This document shows positions 29,470 to 38,632 of a stretch of 64,000 bases of DNA, one piece after another (positions within the stretch are counted from its first letter, which is position 1; each line of letters begins with the position of its first letter). The notes beneath the pieces are model-generated. The model was not told the DNA's origin. It saw nothing but the letters and a program-made list of their open reading frames with translations, and searched no databases. The stretch comes from Planctomycetota bacterium (lineage in GTDB: Bacteria; Planctomycetota; Planctomycetia; Pirellulales; Lacipirellulaceae). Location of the stretch: positions 64,001 to 128,000 of the forward strand of contig JBCCXZ010000001.1 in assembly GCA_039190745.1 (NCBI GenBank), read 5' to 3'. The position numbers were made by a program, and so were the translations under genes.

Positions 29470-30759
29470 TTGAGCCTTTCGACTAACGCCGCCCACGCAC
29501 GGGAAGAAGTGGTGTTCTGGCACTTCTGGGGCGGGGCGGACCGGCCGGTGGTGGAGCGGATTGTCGAGGGGTTCAATGCGTCGCAGGACCGCTACCGCGT
29601 GCGGGCGATCGCGATGCCGGGGGCGAACCTCGACCTGAAGTTCTTCCTGAGCGTTGCGGGCGGCAGCCCGCCGGACGTCATGAACCAGGACGACCCGGTG
29701 GTGGCCGACTGGGCGCACCGCGGGCTCTTGGCGTCGCTCGAGGAGATGGCTTCCGCGGAAGAGCTTGAGCGGCTCGAGGGTTGGCTGTTCCCGGCGGCGC
29801 GGCGGCTGGGCTCTTTTGACGGGCGGCTGTACGCGCTGTGCAACGGCTTGGATATCCGCGCGTTGTACTGCAACCAGACTTTGCTGGCCGAGCACGGGCT
29901 CTCGCCGCCGCGGACGTTGGAGGAACTCGATCGGATCGCGGAGACGATCGCGCCGCACCACGCCGAGGGCGACCGCACGCGGATGGGCTACCTGCCCGAC
30001 CCTAGGCGGCTGTGGGCGTGGGGCGCGGCGTTCGGCGGCAGCTTCTATGACTCGGACGCGGAAGACGTGGAAGCGATGATCACGGCAGACTCGCCGCGTG
30101 TGCTCGACGCGCTGCGCTGGATGGGCGGCTACGCCGATCGTTACGGCCCCAGTGCGCTGGCGCGGTTCCGCTCGGGGGAGCAGGCGCTCACGGGGGCGAG
30201 CTTCACGCTGCTCAACAACCGCCGGTACGCCGTGCAGATGGACGGCCAGTGGCGGCTGCGGGACGTGGCTGCGGTGCGGGCCCGGGCCGCGGAGCGGGGC
30301 GAGGCGTGCGACGAGATCACGGTCGTGCCGCTGCCGCGCCCGGCGGGCGGGGTAGCCAACGCCGGGTGGGTGAACGGCAACTTCTTCGTCGTGCCGCACA
30401 ACGCTCGGTCCAAAGACGGGGCGTGGGCTTTCATGAAATACTGGGCCGGCTTCGGAAACGAAGCGGCGGCCGGCGAAGCTTGTGCCGCGGGGGGGTGGAT
30501 CCCGGCGTCGGAGCGGGTCGTCGCGAGCGAGGCGTACCAGGCGGCCATCGAGCGGGAACCGCTGCTGCGGGTGTTCGTCGACCTTGCCGCTAGCGAATAC
30601 CAACAACCCGTGCCGCCGCTGCCTGTTGCTTCGCACTACTACCAGGAGGTGATCGGCGCCGCGCAGGACGTATTGTACCGCGGCGCGGACCCCGACGAGA
30701 GCCTGCGCGGGGCGGCTGAGCGTGTGCGGCGAAGGCTGCGGGGGGTGATGCAGCGATGA
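29470..30759 (+). CDS. Carbohydrate ABC solute-binding protein (possibly the C-terminal part of a permease fusion)
   Basis: VFWHFWGG, GGSPPDV, DGRLYAL, MDGQW; in frame with and immediately after the permease TGA; no signal peptide of its own. Confidence 0.85.
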   Translation: MSLSTNAAHAREEVVFWHFWGGADRPVVERIVEGFNASQDRYRVRAIAMPGANLDLKFFLSVAGGSPPDVMNQDDPVVADWAHRGLLASLEEMASAEELERLEGWLFPAARRLGSFDGRLYALCNGLDIRALYCNQTLLAEHGLSPPRTLEELDRIAETIAPHHAEGDRTRMGYLPDPRRLWAWGAAFGGSFYDSDAEDVEAMITADSPRVLDALRWMGGYADRYGPSALARFRSGEQALTGASFTLLNNRRYAVQMDGQWRLRDVAAVRARAAERGEACDEITVVPLPRPAGGVANAGWVNGNFFVVPHNARSKDGAWAFMKYWAGFGNEAAAGEACAAGGWIPASERVVASEAYQAAIEREPLLRVFVDLAASEYQQPVPPLPVASHYYQEVIGAAQDVLYRGADPDESLRGAAERVRRRLRGVMQR

Positions 30760-31601
30760 GCACGCCCACTAGTGAAAACGTCGTCGACCGACCGCCGCGC
30801 GGCGCCCACTTGTGGCTGGTCTTGGCGGCGGGGCTGTTCGCGCTGCCGCTGGTCTGGATGGTGCTCACGTCTCTGAAGACGCCGGACCAGATCAAGGCCG
30901 AGCCCTACGCCTGGCTGCCTCAGCCGCTGGCGGCGGGCAACTACGCGGAGAGCCTCTCGGCGATGCCGCTGGCGAGGTACCTCGGCAACACCCTGCTGCT
31001 GTGCATGGGGAGCGTCGCGGGGACGCTCGTCTCCTGCACCTGCGCCGCCTACGCGTTCGCGTTGTTGCGGTGGCCGGGGCGGGACGTTTGGTTCGGCGTG
31101 CTGATCGCCACGATGCTGCTGCCGTGGCAGGTGACGATGGCGCCGCGGTTTGAGATCATCCGCGCGGTCGGCCTCTACAACACGCTGGGTGAGCTCATCG
31201 TGCCGACTCTTTTTGGGAACGCGTTTTACGTCTTCCTGCTGCGGCAGTTTTTTCTCACGGTTCCGCGGGAGACGCTCGACGCGGCGCGGATCGACGGCTG
31301 CGGCGAGGCGGCGGTGCTGTGGCGGATCGTGCTGCCGGTGGCGAGGCCGGCGTTGGCGACGGTGGCGCTCTTGCAGTTCGTGGCGGCGTGGAACGACTAC
31401 GGCGGTCCGCTTCTGTACCTGAGCGACCCGCGGAAGTTCCCGCTCGCTTACGGGCTGGAGCAGTTCGTGAGCGCCCACTCGAGCGAGACGCACCTGATGT
31501 TGGCCGCGGCGGTGGTGTTCACGCTGCCGATTTTGGTGCTGTTCTTCCTGACGCAGCGGGTGTTCATCCGCGGCATCGCCACGACGGGGCTCAAGGGTTA
31601 G
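30756..31601 (+). CDS. Carbohydrate ABC transporter permease
   Basis: FLLRQFF, ETLDAARIDGC, AAWNDY, FIRGIATTGLKG. Confidence 0.93.
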   Translation: MSTPTSENVVDRPPRGAHLWLVLAAGLFALPLVWMVLTSLKTPDQIKAEPYAWLPQPLAAGNYAESLSAMPLARYLGNTLLLCMGSVAGTLVSCTCAAYAFALLRWPGRDVWFGVLIATMLLPWQVTMAPRFEIIRAVGLYNTLGELIVPTLFGNAFYVFLLRQFFLTVPRETLDAARIDGCGEAAVLWRIVLPVARPALATVALLQFVAAWNDYGGPLLYLSDPRKFPLAYGLEQFVSAHSSETHLMLAAAVVFTLPILVLFFLTQRVFIRGIATTGLKG

Positions 31602-31935
31602 AGCCCTGGGCGCATGCACCTACGGCGGTTGGTCCGCTGGGGGTTGCGTCGAGAGGCGACGCGGAGACTTTGCGGGCGGCTGAGGCGACTCAGGCCCGCG
31701 GCAAGAAGGCTACTTCTTGCGGTGACGGATCTTGGCCCGCATGCGGCGCTTTTTGCGACCGAGCTTGCGGCGGCCCTTTCCGGATTTCTTCGTTCCCAAT
31801 TTCGGCTCCGAATACGAGGTTTGACAAACCAACAGGCTTGCCAAACCACAAGATTTGGTAGTGACGCTTGCCCCGCTCTGCCCGGCGCCCGGGCCAAACA
31901 GGCCGGGCTTGTGGGCCCCGCATCAGCGGGTTGAG

Positions 31936-32009
31936 TGGGCGATGCAGGGCTCGAACCTGCGACCCCTAGCTTGTCGAGCTAGTGCTCTAGCCAACTGAGC
32001 TAATCGCCC
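31936..32009 (-). tRNA. tRNA-Val(GAC)
   Basis: GGGCGAT acceptor stem, TAGCTCAG D arm, anticodon arm CTAGC-TCGACAA-GCTAG, GGTTCGAG T loop; CCA not encoded. Confidence 0.93.
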
Positions 32010-32247
32010 TAGACGGGGCCCGTGAGCCCCGACCAGACCCAACAGAATAGCACGGCCCCCGGGGTTCGGCCAGTAGCAAACCCCGGCGGGGGCAAACAGC
32101 CGCTCCGGAGGATCCGTATTGTGTGTGGCCGCCGATTGCGTTCTATTTGCAGGCTACGGAAATCTGGTGCCGGCCAGGGCCGCCCTAGTGCAGAGGGTTT
32201 TTCGGAAAGGTCCAGCAAGCCGGCGCCGCTCACCCCGCCCATTTGCC

Positions 32248-32412
32248 ATGCGTGCTCACCTGTACAAACTTGTGCTGGCGGTTGAACTGGCCTGCTTCTT
32301 AGCGGCCTGGGCGGTGGGTTTGGGCGTCTGCTTCTACGGCGACATCGCCGGCAGGCTGAAGGCCGAGAACAACTCGGTGGCGGCGTCTTCTGTGCGGTTG
32401 CCGGCGAAGTAG
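32248..32412 (+). CDS. Possible small single-TM protein (54 aa)
   Basis: ATG-started ORF with hydrophobic core LVLAVELACFLAAWAVGLGVCFY. Confidence 0.35.
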   Translation: MRAHLYKLVLAVELACFLAAWAVGLGVCFYGDIAGRLKAENNSVAASSVRLPAK

Positions 32413-32430
32413 CGGTAGCGGTTGGTCGCG

Positions 32431-32970
32431 ATGGCTGAACCACGCACCGCCATCCGATTTGGGCTTCGCTCCCTCTTGGCACTTACCGCGTTGATAGCGG
32501 TGTTGATGGGCTGCCTTGTCTCATACTGGCGTTGGTGGGAAAGGGGTTGGAATGACCCCCAGACTGGCCCCGTGACGTCTATGGAGGATTGGCCTCTGCC
32601 ATTGGAGGAGCTCACGCAAGTGCAGGAAGGCGTGGAGGTGCAGTTGGATGGCTCTAACGTTCAGGTCTACTGCATTGAGAGTTTCTTCAACGACAAGTAC
32701 ATCTGGCGCATGCCGACCTCTCGTCGTCTCTTCGAGAAGTTAAAGGTAGACTGGAAGTTGTCGGAAGAGCTGGAGCAACCAGATTGGCCGACCTTCTTAT
32801 ACGTCTGGAACAACCTTTTGGAGATTCCTGAGTGGTGGTCCGCGAAGGATGCGAGGGCTGAAGAGTTGATATACCTAAGGACTCCGGAAGCGAAGGGCGA
32901 CTACATCTACTGGGTGGCATGGGACGAAGAGCAAGAGCTGTTGTACGTGTGCTACTCGTTCCAATGGTAA
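32431..32970 (+). CDS. Hypothetical membrane-anchored protein (lower GC)
   Basis: RFGLRSLL + hydrophobic anchor; Trp-rich; AT-richer than flanks. Confidence 0.65.
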   Translation: MAEPRTAIRFGLRSLLALTALIAVLMGCLVSYWRWWERGWNDPQTGPVTSMEDWPLPLEELTQVQEGVEVQLDGSNVQVYCIESFFNDKYIWRMPTSRRLFEKLKVDWKLSEELEQPDWPTFLYVWNNLLEIPEWWSAKDARAEELIYLRTPEAKGDYIYWVAWDEEQELLYVCYSFQW

Positions 32971-33007
32971 CGAGGCCCTCCCGGCGTGAATCAGACACCG
33001 ATAAGGA

Positions 33008-34399
33008 TCACGTCGCGGTGGTAACGTCGTTCTCCGGCAGGTCGCCGATTTCTTCGAGCGTTTCGACCCCCGACGGTCCGTCGCTCGGCTGCCGCTTGCG
33101 GAGGTAGAGCTTGATGGGCACCTCCTCGAACTGCAGCTGGTCGCGTACGGCGCCCAGCAGGTAGCGCTGGTAGGGCTTGGAGATCGCCCGCGGCTCGTTG
33201 CAGAAGAGCACGAGCGTAGGCGGCTGCGTGCCGACCTGCGTGCCGTAGTAGACCTTCGGCCGGCGGTTCTGGTGCAGCGGCGGCGGGTTGCGGCCGATGG
33301 CGTCGCGCAACAGGCGGTTGAGCTGGCCGGTAGAGACGCGTTGCCGCGACTGGTTGAAGAGCATCTGCCCGTGGTTCAAGAGCGCTTTGACGTTCTTGCC
33401 GGTCTCGCCGGTGATGAAGGCGATCGGCGCGTAGCGCATCGTGCGGAACGTGTCGTGCAGGTACCGGACCCACTTCTCGGTGGGCATGCTCTTGGCCATC
33501 AGGTCCCACTTGTTGACGACGAAGATGCACGGCTTGTACTGCTGGGCGATGTAGTCGCTGAGCTGTTTGTCGACCTTGCTGATGCGCTGCCCGGCGTCGA
33601 GGAACAAGAACACGACGTCGGCGCGGCGGATGCTGCGCTGGGCTCGGTGCGTGCCGTAGAAGTCGATCGAGGCGCCGCGGCTCTGGGGGCGGCGGAGGCC
33701 GGGCGTGTCGATCGCGACGAAGCCCTTGCCGTCGAGCTCGAACCGCACGTCGACGCTGTCGCGGGTGGTGCCGGGCACCTCGCTCACAATCATGCGGGCC
33801 GCCTCGGCCAGCGTGTTGACGAAGGTGCTCTTGCCGACGTTGCGGCGGCCGACGATGGCGACGCGCATCTCGGGTTCCGCCTCGCCGTCGTCGTCGCTCT
33901 CGGGGGGGAGGCGCTCGACGATCATGTTCAAGAGCTGGGCCCGGTTGCGGTTCTGCAGCGTGCTCACCGGCAGGATCCGGCCCTTGCCGAGGCGGTAGAA
34001 GTCGTTGGCTTGGTCGTCGAACTTCTTGTCGTCGGTCTTGTTGGCGACGCAGATCACCGGGACGTCGAAGCTGCGGAGGCGTTGGGCGACTTCCTCGTCG
34101 AGCGGCGTGAGGCCGGCCTTGGTGTCGACGACAAAGAGGATGACGTCGGCCGACTCCATGGCGGTGCGGATCTGGTCTTCGATGTGCTGGGTGAGGTTGT
34201 CCTCGTCCTGGATGCCGATGCCGCCGGTGTCGACCAGCTCGAAGTACCGCTCGTCGTGGCTGGTGAGGTGGTCGACCCGGTCGCGGGTGACGCCGGGGCG
34301 GTCTTCGACGATGGCGATCCGGATGCCGGCCAGCCAGTTGAGCAGGCTGCTCTTGCCCACGTTCGGGCGTCCGACGATGACAACCTGGGGGACCGGCAT
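33008..34399 (-). CDS. der: Ribosome biogenesis GTPase Der (EngA)
   Basis: Two GTPase domains (GRPNVGKS/DTGG/NKTD; GRRNVGKS/DTPG/NKWD) plus a KH-like C-terminus. Confidence 0.96.
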   Translation of the reverse strand: MPVPQVVIVGRPNVGKSSLLNWLAGIRIAIVEDRPGVTRDRVDHLTSHDERYFELVDTGGIGIQDEDNLTQHIEDQIRTAMESADVILFVVDTKAGLTPLDEEVAQRLRSFDVPVICVANKTDDKKFDDQANDFYRLGKGRILPVSTLQNRNRAQLLNMIVERLPPESDDDGEAEPEMRVAIVGRRNVGKSTFVNTLAEAARMIVSEVPGTTRDSVDVRFELDGKGFVAIDTPGLRRPQSRGASIDFYGTHRAQRSIRRADVVFLFLDAGQRISKVDKQLSDYIAQQYKPCIFVVNKWDLMAKSMPTEKWVRYLHDTFRTMRYAPIAFITGETGKNVKALLNHGQMLFNQSRQRVSTGQLNRLLRDAIGRNPPPLHQNRRPKVYYGTQVGTQPPTLVLFCNEPRAISKPYQRYLLGAVRDQLQFEEVPIKLYLRKRQPSDGPSGVETLEEIGDLPENDVTTAT

Positions 34400-34590
34400 A
34401 GAGGAGCTCGCGGGCGGAGTACAGAGGAACGCTTTAGCATAGTCGACAGGCGCGGCGGACCCAAACGGTTCCGACGCGGGGCCGCAAGCGGGCCAGGCAC
34501 GCGCCCCCCTGCCCTTTCCTGCTGTAGGACGTAAACTCAGGCCCGAGGGTTCGGAAATCTGTTCGTTCGGAGTGTTTCCACCCCCTCTTC

Positions 34591-34681
34591 TGTAGGAGGG
34601 CTCTCCGAGCCCGATGCCGTGCTGTGTTGGTACGGGTAATCGGGTTGGTACGGGGAATCGCCCTCGGAGAGGGCTCCTACA
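34591..34681. repeat. Inverted pair of GTAG-type REP-like palindromes (REPIN-like), family B
   Basis: TGTAGGAGGGCTCTCCGAGCCCGA ... TCGCCCTCGGAGAGGGCTCCTACA; spacer carries GTTGGTACGGG twice. Confidence 0.8.
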
Positions 34682-34711
34682 GGTCCCGTAAAACCGACTC
34701 CGCCTCAGAGC

Positions 34712-35506
34712 ATGCCCGGTATGAGTTCGAACGACGCCTACTACCGAGCGGTCCGGCAGCAATTGGAGAGCCTTGCCGCTGCCGGTGTGCGGGACCTGCC
34801 TCGGGGCCGGGCGTTGCCGGTTCCGCAAGCTGCTTCTCAGCAGCCCGCCCAACCGCCCGCGGGGGCGGCCCCAACGGTCGCGGCCTCGGCGGCCAGCCAA
34901 CAAACGATTGAGATGCCGTCTATGAGCGATTCTGAGGTGTCGGACGCCCCCTCGTTGGAGGTGCTGCGGCAGGAAGTGGCTGCCTGCACGCGGTGCGATG
35001 AATTGGCCGCCGGGCGGACGCAGACGGTGTTTGGTGTGGGCGATTCCAACGCACGGCTCTGCTTTCTGGGCGAGGCGCCGGGGGCGGACGAGGATCGGCT
35101 GGGCGAGCCGTTCGTCGGGCGGGCCGGGCAGCTGCTCAACAAGATCCTCGAAGCGTGCGGCCTGAAGCGGGAAGAGGTTTACATCCTGAACATCCTCAAG
35201 TGCCGGCCCCCGGGGAATCGCAACCCCCTGCCGAGCGAGGCGGACAACTGCCGGCGGTTCTTGGACCGGCAGCTGGAGCTGATCTCGCCCGAGTTTGTGT
35301 GCTGCCTGGGGGCGGTTGGGGCGCAGAACTTCCTGGAAACCCAGACCGCGATCGGCAAGCTCCGCGGCGAGGTGCACCATGCACGGGGCGTGAAGGTGGT
35401 CTGCACCTACCACCCGGCGTACTTGTTGCGGAACCCTTCGGCGAAGAAGCAGACGTGGGAAGACATGAAGCTGCTGATGCGGGAGATGGGGACGCCCGTC
35501 GACTGA
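34712..35506 (+). CDS. Uracil-DNA glycosylase, family 4 (Fe-S type)
   Basis: [33 protein letters not shown]. Confidence 0.94.
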   Translation: MPGMSSNDAYYRAVRQQLESLAAAGVRDLPRGRALPVPQAASQQPAQPPAGAAPTVAASAASQQTIEMPSMSDSEVSDAPSLEVLRQEVAACTRCDELAAGRTQTVFGVGDSNARLCFLGEAPGADEDRLGEPFVGRAGQLLNKILEACGLKREEVYILNILKCRPPGNRNPLPSEADNCRRFLDRQLELISPEFVCCLGAVGAQNFLETQTAIGKLRGEVHHARGVKVVCTYHPAYLLRNPSAKKQTWEDMKLLMREMGTPVD

Positions 35507-35523
35507 GTTGCAGGGGACACAGT

Positions 35524-35555
35524 GCGGACTGCGGATTGCGGACTGCGGATTGGAA
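35524..35555. repeat. Heptamer tandem repeat
   Basis: GCGGACT GCGGATT GCGGACT GCGGATT GGAA; related tract at 58549-58585. Confidence 0.7.
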
Positions 35556-35574
35556 GAAAGAGCAGGTGTTTGCT

Positions 35575-35599
35575 AGTCGCCGACCTACGCGTCGGCGGT
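35575..35599. repeat. Hairpin repeat family A variant (reverse orientation)
   Basis: AGTCGCCGACCTACGCGTCGGCGGT. Confidence 0.65.
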
Positions 35600-35886
35600 C
35601 CGCTTTTAGGGGCGATTTGCTAGCGACGCCGGCACCGGCACGACTCGCACGAAGCGTGCGGATTCTCGGCCGTTCTGAGGAACCTTGCGGGTCGTACCGG
35701 TCGTGTGATTCTGCTTCTCGAATCTCTCAGCAGTGGGGCCGCCAAAGTGTTTGCAGGGGGGCGGCCCGTTGTTAGAGTCGAATCCGTTGCGGGGCGTTTC
35801 CCCTGCCCCACGCGAACGGAGTGAGCCGCGACGCCCATTCGGGCGATCCGGCGGCGTGACACAACGGACGACCAGCGGACAGCGAT

Positions 35887-36471
35887 ATGGCATCTGCGCG
35901 ACCTACCCCTTTCGACCAAGCCCCTCGCGACGAGGTGGACCACTTGCTCCGCAACGCCCAGTTGCGCGACGCGCTCGAGCCGCTCTACGACGAGTCGATC
36001 GTGCGGGTGAACGTGAGCAGGATGACCACGTCGAGCGAGAACGCATTCCTGGAGTCGATGCTCGAGTGGGAGCGGGCTCCGATCCTGCCGATCTGCGACT
36101 GGTTCTCGCCTCGGCTGGAGCTGCCGCCGCCGCAGGAGCTGGCCGACCACGAGCTGGCAGTGCTGCTGCACCAGACGATCGGGCGGCTGTTCGAGGAGCA
36201 CGTGGTGCTCGACTTCACCGACCACCTCAGCGACCGCGAGCTGTACCGCATCCTGTTCCGCGACATCCTGCCGGCGCAGGAGAAGCGGATCAAGCGCAGC
36301 AAGAGCTACCTGCATTGGGACTGCGCAAACACCGACGACGACCCGACGACGTGGCTGCGCTACTACGCCAGCGAAGAAGACCGCGAGTCGTGGGCGCGCG
36401 AGACGGGCGAAGAGCTGCCGCCGGTTGACCAGCCGCCTTACCGCCGGCGGCTGCCGCGGGCGCCGATGTAG
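35887..36471 (+). CDS. Hypothetical protein
   Basis: Strong GC3 codon bias; DHLSDRELY and WLRYYAS segments; no function assignable. Confidence 0.75.
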   Translation: MASARPTPFDQAPRDEVDHLLRNAQLRDALEPLYDESIVRVNVSRMTTSSENAFLESMLEWERAPILPICDWFSPRLELPPPQELADHELAVLLHQTIGRLFEEHVVLDFTDHLSDRELYRILFRDILPAQEKRIKRSKSYLHWDCANTDDDPTTWLRYYASEEDRESWARETGEELPPVDQPPYRRRLPRAPM

Positions 36472-36479
36472 GCTCCTCG

Positions 36480-36511
36480 GTGCCGTTCCCGCGCGAGCGT
36501 GGGCATGGCAC
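36480..36511. repeat. Palindromic repeat family C
   Basis: GTGCCGTTCCCGCGCGAGCGTGGGCATGGCAC between convergent genes; related to 50892-50917. Confidence 0.6.
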
Positions 36512-36524
36512 TAGACAGTTATCA

Positions 36525-37658
36525 CTAGAGCAGCTCGGGCCAGAGCGCGTCGCTCACCATCAGGCCCTCGCGGGTGAGTCGGACGCGGTCGCCGTCGTCG
36601 GTGAGCAGGCCTTCTGCCACAAAGCGTGCGATCGGTTCGCCGGCGACCTCTTCCAGCGGTTTTCCCGCCGCGGCTTGGAAATCTACCCGGCCGACGCCCT
36701 CGATCCGCCGCAGGGCAAAGACGAGGTGCTCGCGGGCGCGTTCTTCGTCGGAGAGCCGCTCCATCTCGGCGATCGGTAGGCCGCCTTCCCGTGTGCGTTT
36801 GATATAGGTCGTGGGGCTGCGGTGGTTCGTCGATCGCACGCCAGCAACGTAACGCGCGGCACCGCACCCGGCCGCGAAGTAGGGGGCGCCCGACCAATAA
36901 ACCTGGTTGTGCCTGCTGCGGCGTCCGGGCTTCGCGAAGTTCGAGACCTCGTAGTGCTCTAGCCCGGCGGCGGTGAGCGTGTCGATCGCCAGTTCGTACA
37001 TCTGCCGTTCGAGCGTCTCGGGCGACTGCGGCAGGGCGCCCTGCTCGCGGCGGTTCCAGAACGACGTGCCCTTCTCGAATGTGAGGCCGTAGGTCGAGAC
37101 GTGGTCTGGCTCGAGCTCCAAGAGCGCGGCGACGTCGGCACGCCACACTCCGAGGGTCTCGCCGGGCGCGGCGAAGATCAGGTCCACCGCCGTCCGCATG
37201 CCGTGCCGCTTGGCGAGCGCCATCGCCGCGGCGGTATCGAAGCCGGTGTGGCCGCGTTCGAGCGTGCCAAGCTTGGCGTTGTCGAACGATTGGGCGCCGA
37301 GGCTGAGCCGATTCACGCCCCAGGCGGCTAGCCTTTCGACGCGGGCGGGGTCGAGGTCTTCGGGGTTGGCCTCGAAGGTGTACTCGCCGCCCGGGGCGAG
37401 CGGGTGCCAGTGGGCCAGCGTTTCGCACAGCCGGTCGAGCTGCTCCACCGAGAGCCGCGTGGGGGTGCCGCCGCCGACGTAGAGCGTGTCGACCGGCTGC
37501 GGCGTGCCCAGCAGGGAGAGCTCTGTGGCGAGCGCGGCAAGGTAGTCGTCGGCGAGCTCGTCGCGGCCGGCGATCACCGAGAAGTTGCAGTAGCCGCAGC
37601 GGTGGCGGCAGAAGGGCACGTGGACGTAGGCGGAGCGGGGCGTGGCGAGGTGGATCAT
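36525..37658 (-). CDS. hemW: Radical SAM heme chaperone HemW (HemN-like)
   Basis: YVHVPFCRHRCGYCNF, GGGTP, HYEVSNFA, HNQVYW (HNxxYW). Confidence 0.9.
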   Translation of the reverse strand: MIHLATPRSAYVHVPFCRHRCGYCNFSVIAGRDELADDYLAALATELSLLGTPQPVDTLYVGGGTPTRLSVEQLDRLCETLAHWHPLAPGGEYTFEANPEDLDPARVERLAAWGVNRLSLGAQSFDNAKLGTLERGHTGFDTAAAMALAKRHGMRTAVDLIFAAPGETLGVWRADVAALLELEPDHVSTYGLTFEKGTSFWNRREQGALPQSPETLERQMYELAIDTLTAAGLEHYEVSNFAKPGRRSRHNQVYWSGAPYFAAGCGAARYVAGVRSTNHRSPTTYIKRTREGGLPIAEMERLSDEERAREHLVFALRRIEGVGRVDFQAAAGKPLEEVAGEPIARFVAEGLLTDDGDRVRLTREGLMVSDALWPELL

Positions 37659-37667
37659 GCCGGTTGG

Positions 37668-37692
37668 GCCGCCGACGCGTAGGTCGGCGGCT
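37668..37692. repeat. Hairpin repeat family A variant
   Basis: GCCGCCGACGCGTAGGTCGGCGGCT between tRNA-Ala and hemW. Confidence 0.7.
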
Positions 37693-37720
37693 GCCAAGAA
37701 CCGACCGCCCGGCGAGCGAG

Positions 37721-37793
37721 TGGAGCGGAGGAGAGTCGAACTCCCGACCTCTGCATTGCGAACGCAGCGCTCTCCCAACTGAGCTACCGCCCC
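37721..37793 (-). tRNA. tRNA-Ala(CGC)
   Basis: GGGGCGG acceptor with G3:U70, anticodon arm CTGCG-TTCGCAA-TGCAG, GTTCGAC T loop. Confidence 0.95.
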
Positions 37794-37861
37794 AAGTAAG
37801 CCCCGAATTCTAGGTCGATCGCGGGGGGCTGTCTACTCTGCTGGCTTGCCGCATTGATTTC

Positions 37862-38030
37862 AAGGAGATGGGGAGATGTTGGGGATGGAGGGGGACAGGG
37901 ACGAGGATGTTCTGGGGAGTTCGTCTGCGGCTGTTTAGGGGAATAATCGCAGAGCGAATTCGGCGTCGGAGACGCCTCCCACAATCCCGTTCCTTCATCG
38001 CCCGTATCTCCGACATCCCCCTATCTCCTT
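37862..38030. repeat. Composite palindromic element: purine/pyrimidine-skewed inverted arms around a family-B REP
   Basis: Left AAGGAGATGGGGAGATGTTGGGGAT, right ATCTCCGACATCCCCCTATCTCCTT; REP at 37960-37983. Confidence 0.7.
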
Positions 38031-38055
38031 CGAGTCAATCGACTCTCCCGAGAGA

Positions 38056-38526
38056 CTAACGCGGGGAGCGTTTCGATTCGCCCAGGAAGGGGCGGAGTTC
38101 TTCGAAGAAGTCGCCCGCGTCTTCGAACTGGCGGTAGACGCTAGCGAAGCGGACGAACGCCACCTCGTCGAGGTCGCGGAGGTGGTCCATCACCAGCTCG
38201 CCTAGCCGCTGGCTGTCTATCTCGGTATCGAACGAAGAATAGACGTCGTTCTCGATCGCGGCAACGGAGCGTTCGATGTCGCGGTCGGAGATGGGCCGCT
38301 TCCAGCAGGCGCGTTCGAGGCCCCGCTTGATTTTTTCACGCACGAAGGGCACGCGGGAGCCGTCCCGCTTGACGACCTTGATGGCCGACTCTTCGATGCG
38401 CTCGTAGGTGGTGTACCTGCGTCGGCAGCTGAGGCACTCGCGGCGGCGGCGGATCGCGAAGCCGTCCTGGCAGGCGCGGGAATCGATCACGCGGTCGTTG
38501 TCTTTGCGGCAGAAGGGGCACTTCAT
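38056..38526 (-). CDS. nrdR: Transcriptional repressor NrdR
   Basis: MKCPFC...IRRRRECLSC..RYTTYE, ATP cone, VAFVRFASVYRQF. Confidence 0.97.
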   Translation of the reverse strand: MKCPFCRKDNDRVIDSRACQDGFAIRRRRECLSCRRRYTTYERIEESAIKVVKRDGSRVPFVREKIKRGLERACWKRPISDRDIERSVAAIENDVYSSFDTEIDSQRLGELVMDHLRDLDEVAFVRFASVYRQFEDAGDFFEELRPFLGESKRSPR

Positions 38527-38632
38527 AGCCGCCACTATAACGGTCTGCGCGAACCGGTAAACCGCTTGACGGGTGCGGCGGCTAGCGTTTTGCCGCAACG
38601 CAGATAGCTAAGAGGACGCAGAGGCAGCTGCG

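Noticed and set aside
29467..29530. Selenocysteine recoding of the in-frame TGA
   Set aside because: No convincing SECIS hairpin downstream, and the position is a membrane linker rather than a catalytic site
31600..33000. tRNA-Val-anchored genomic island
   Set aside because: No integrase and no duplicated tRNA 3' end found; the orphan genes lie on the 5' side of the tRNA
34400..35413. N-terminal extension of Der in the 801-aa ORF call
   Set aside because: Overlaps the UDG gene on the opposite strand and a REP pair; the Der-like sequence starts at 34399
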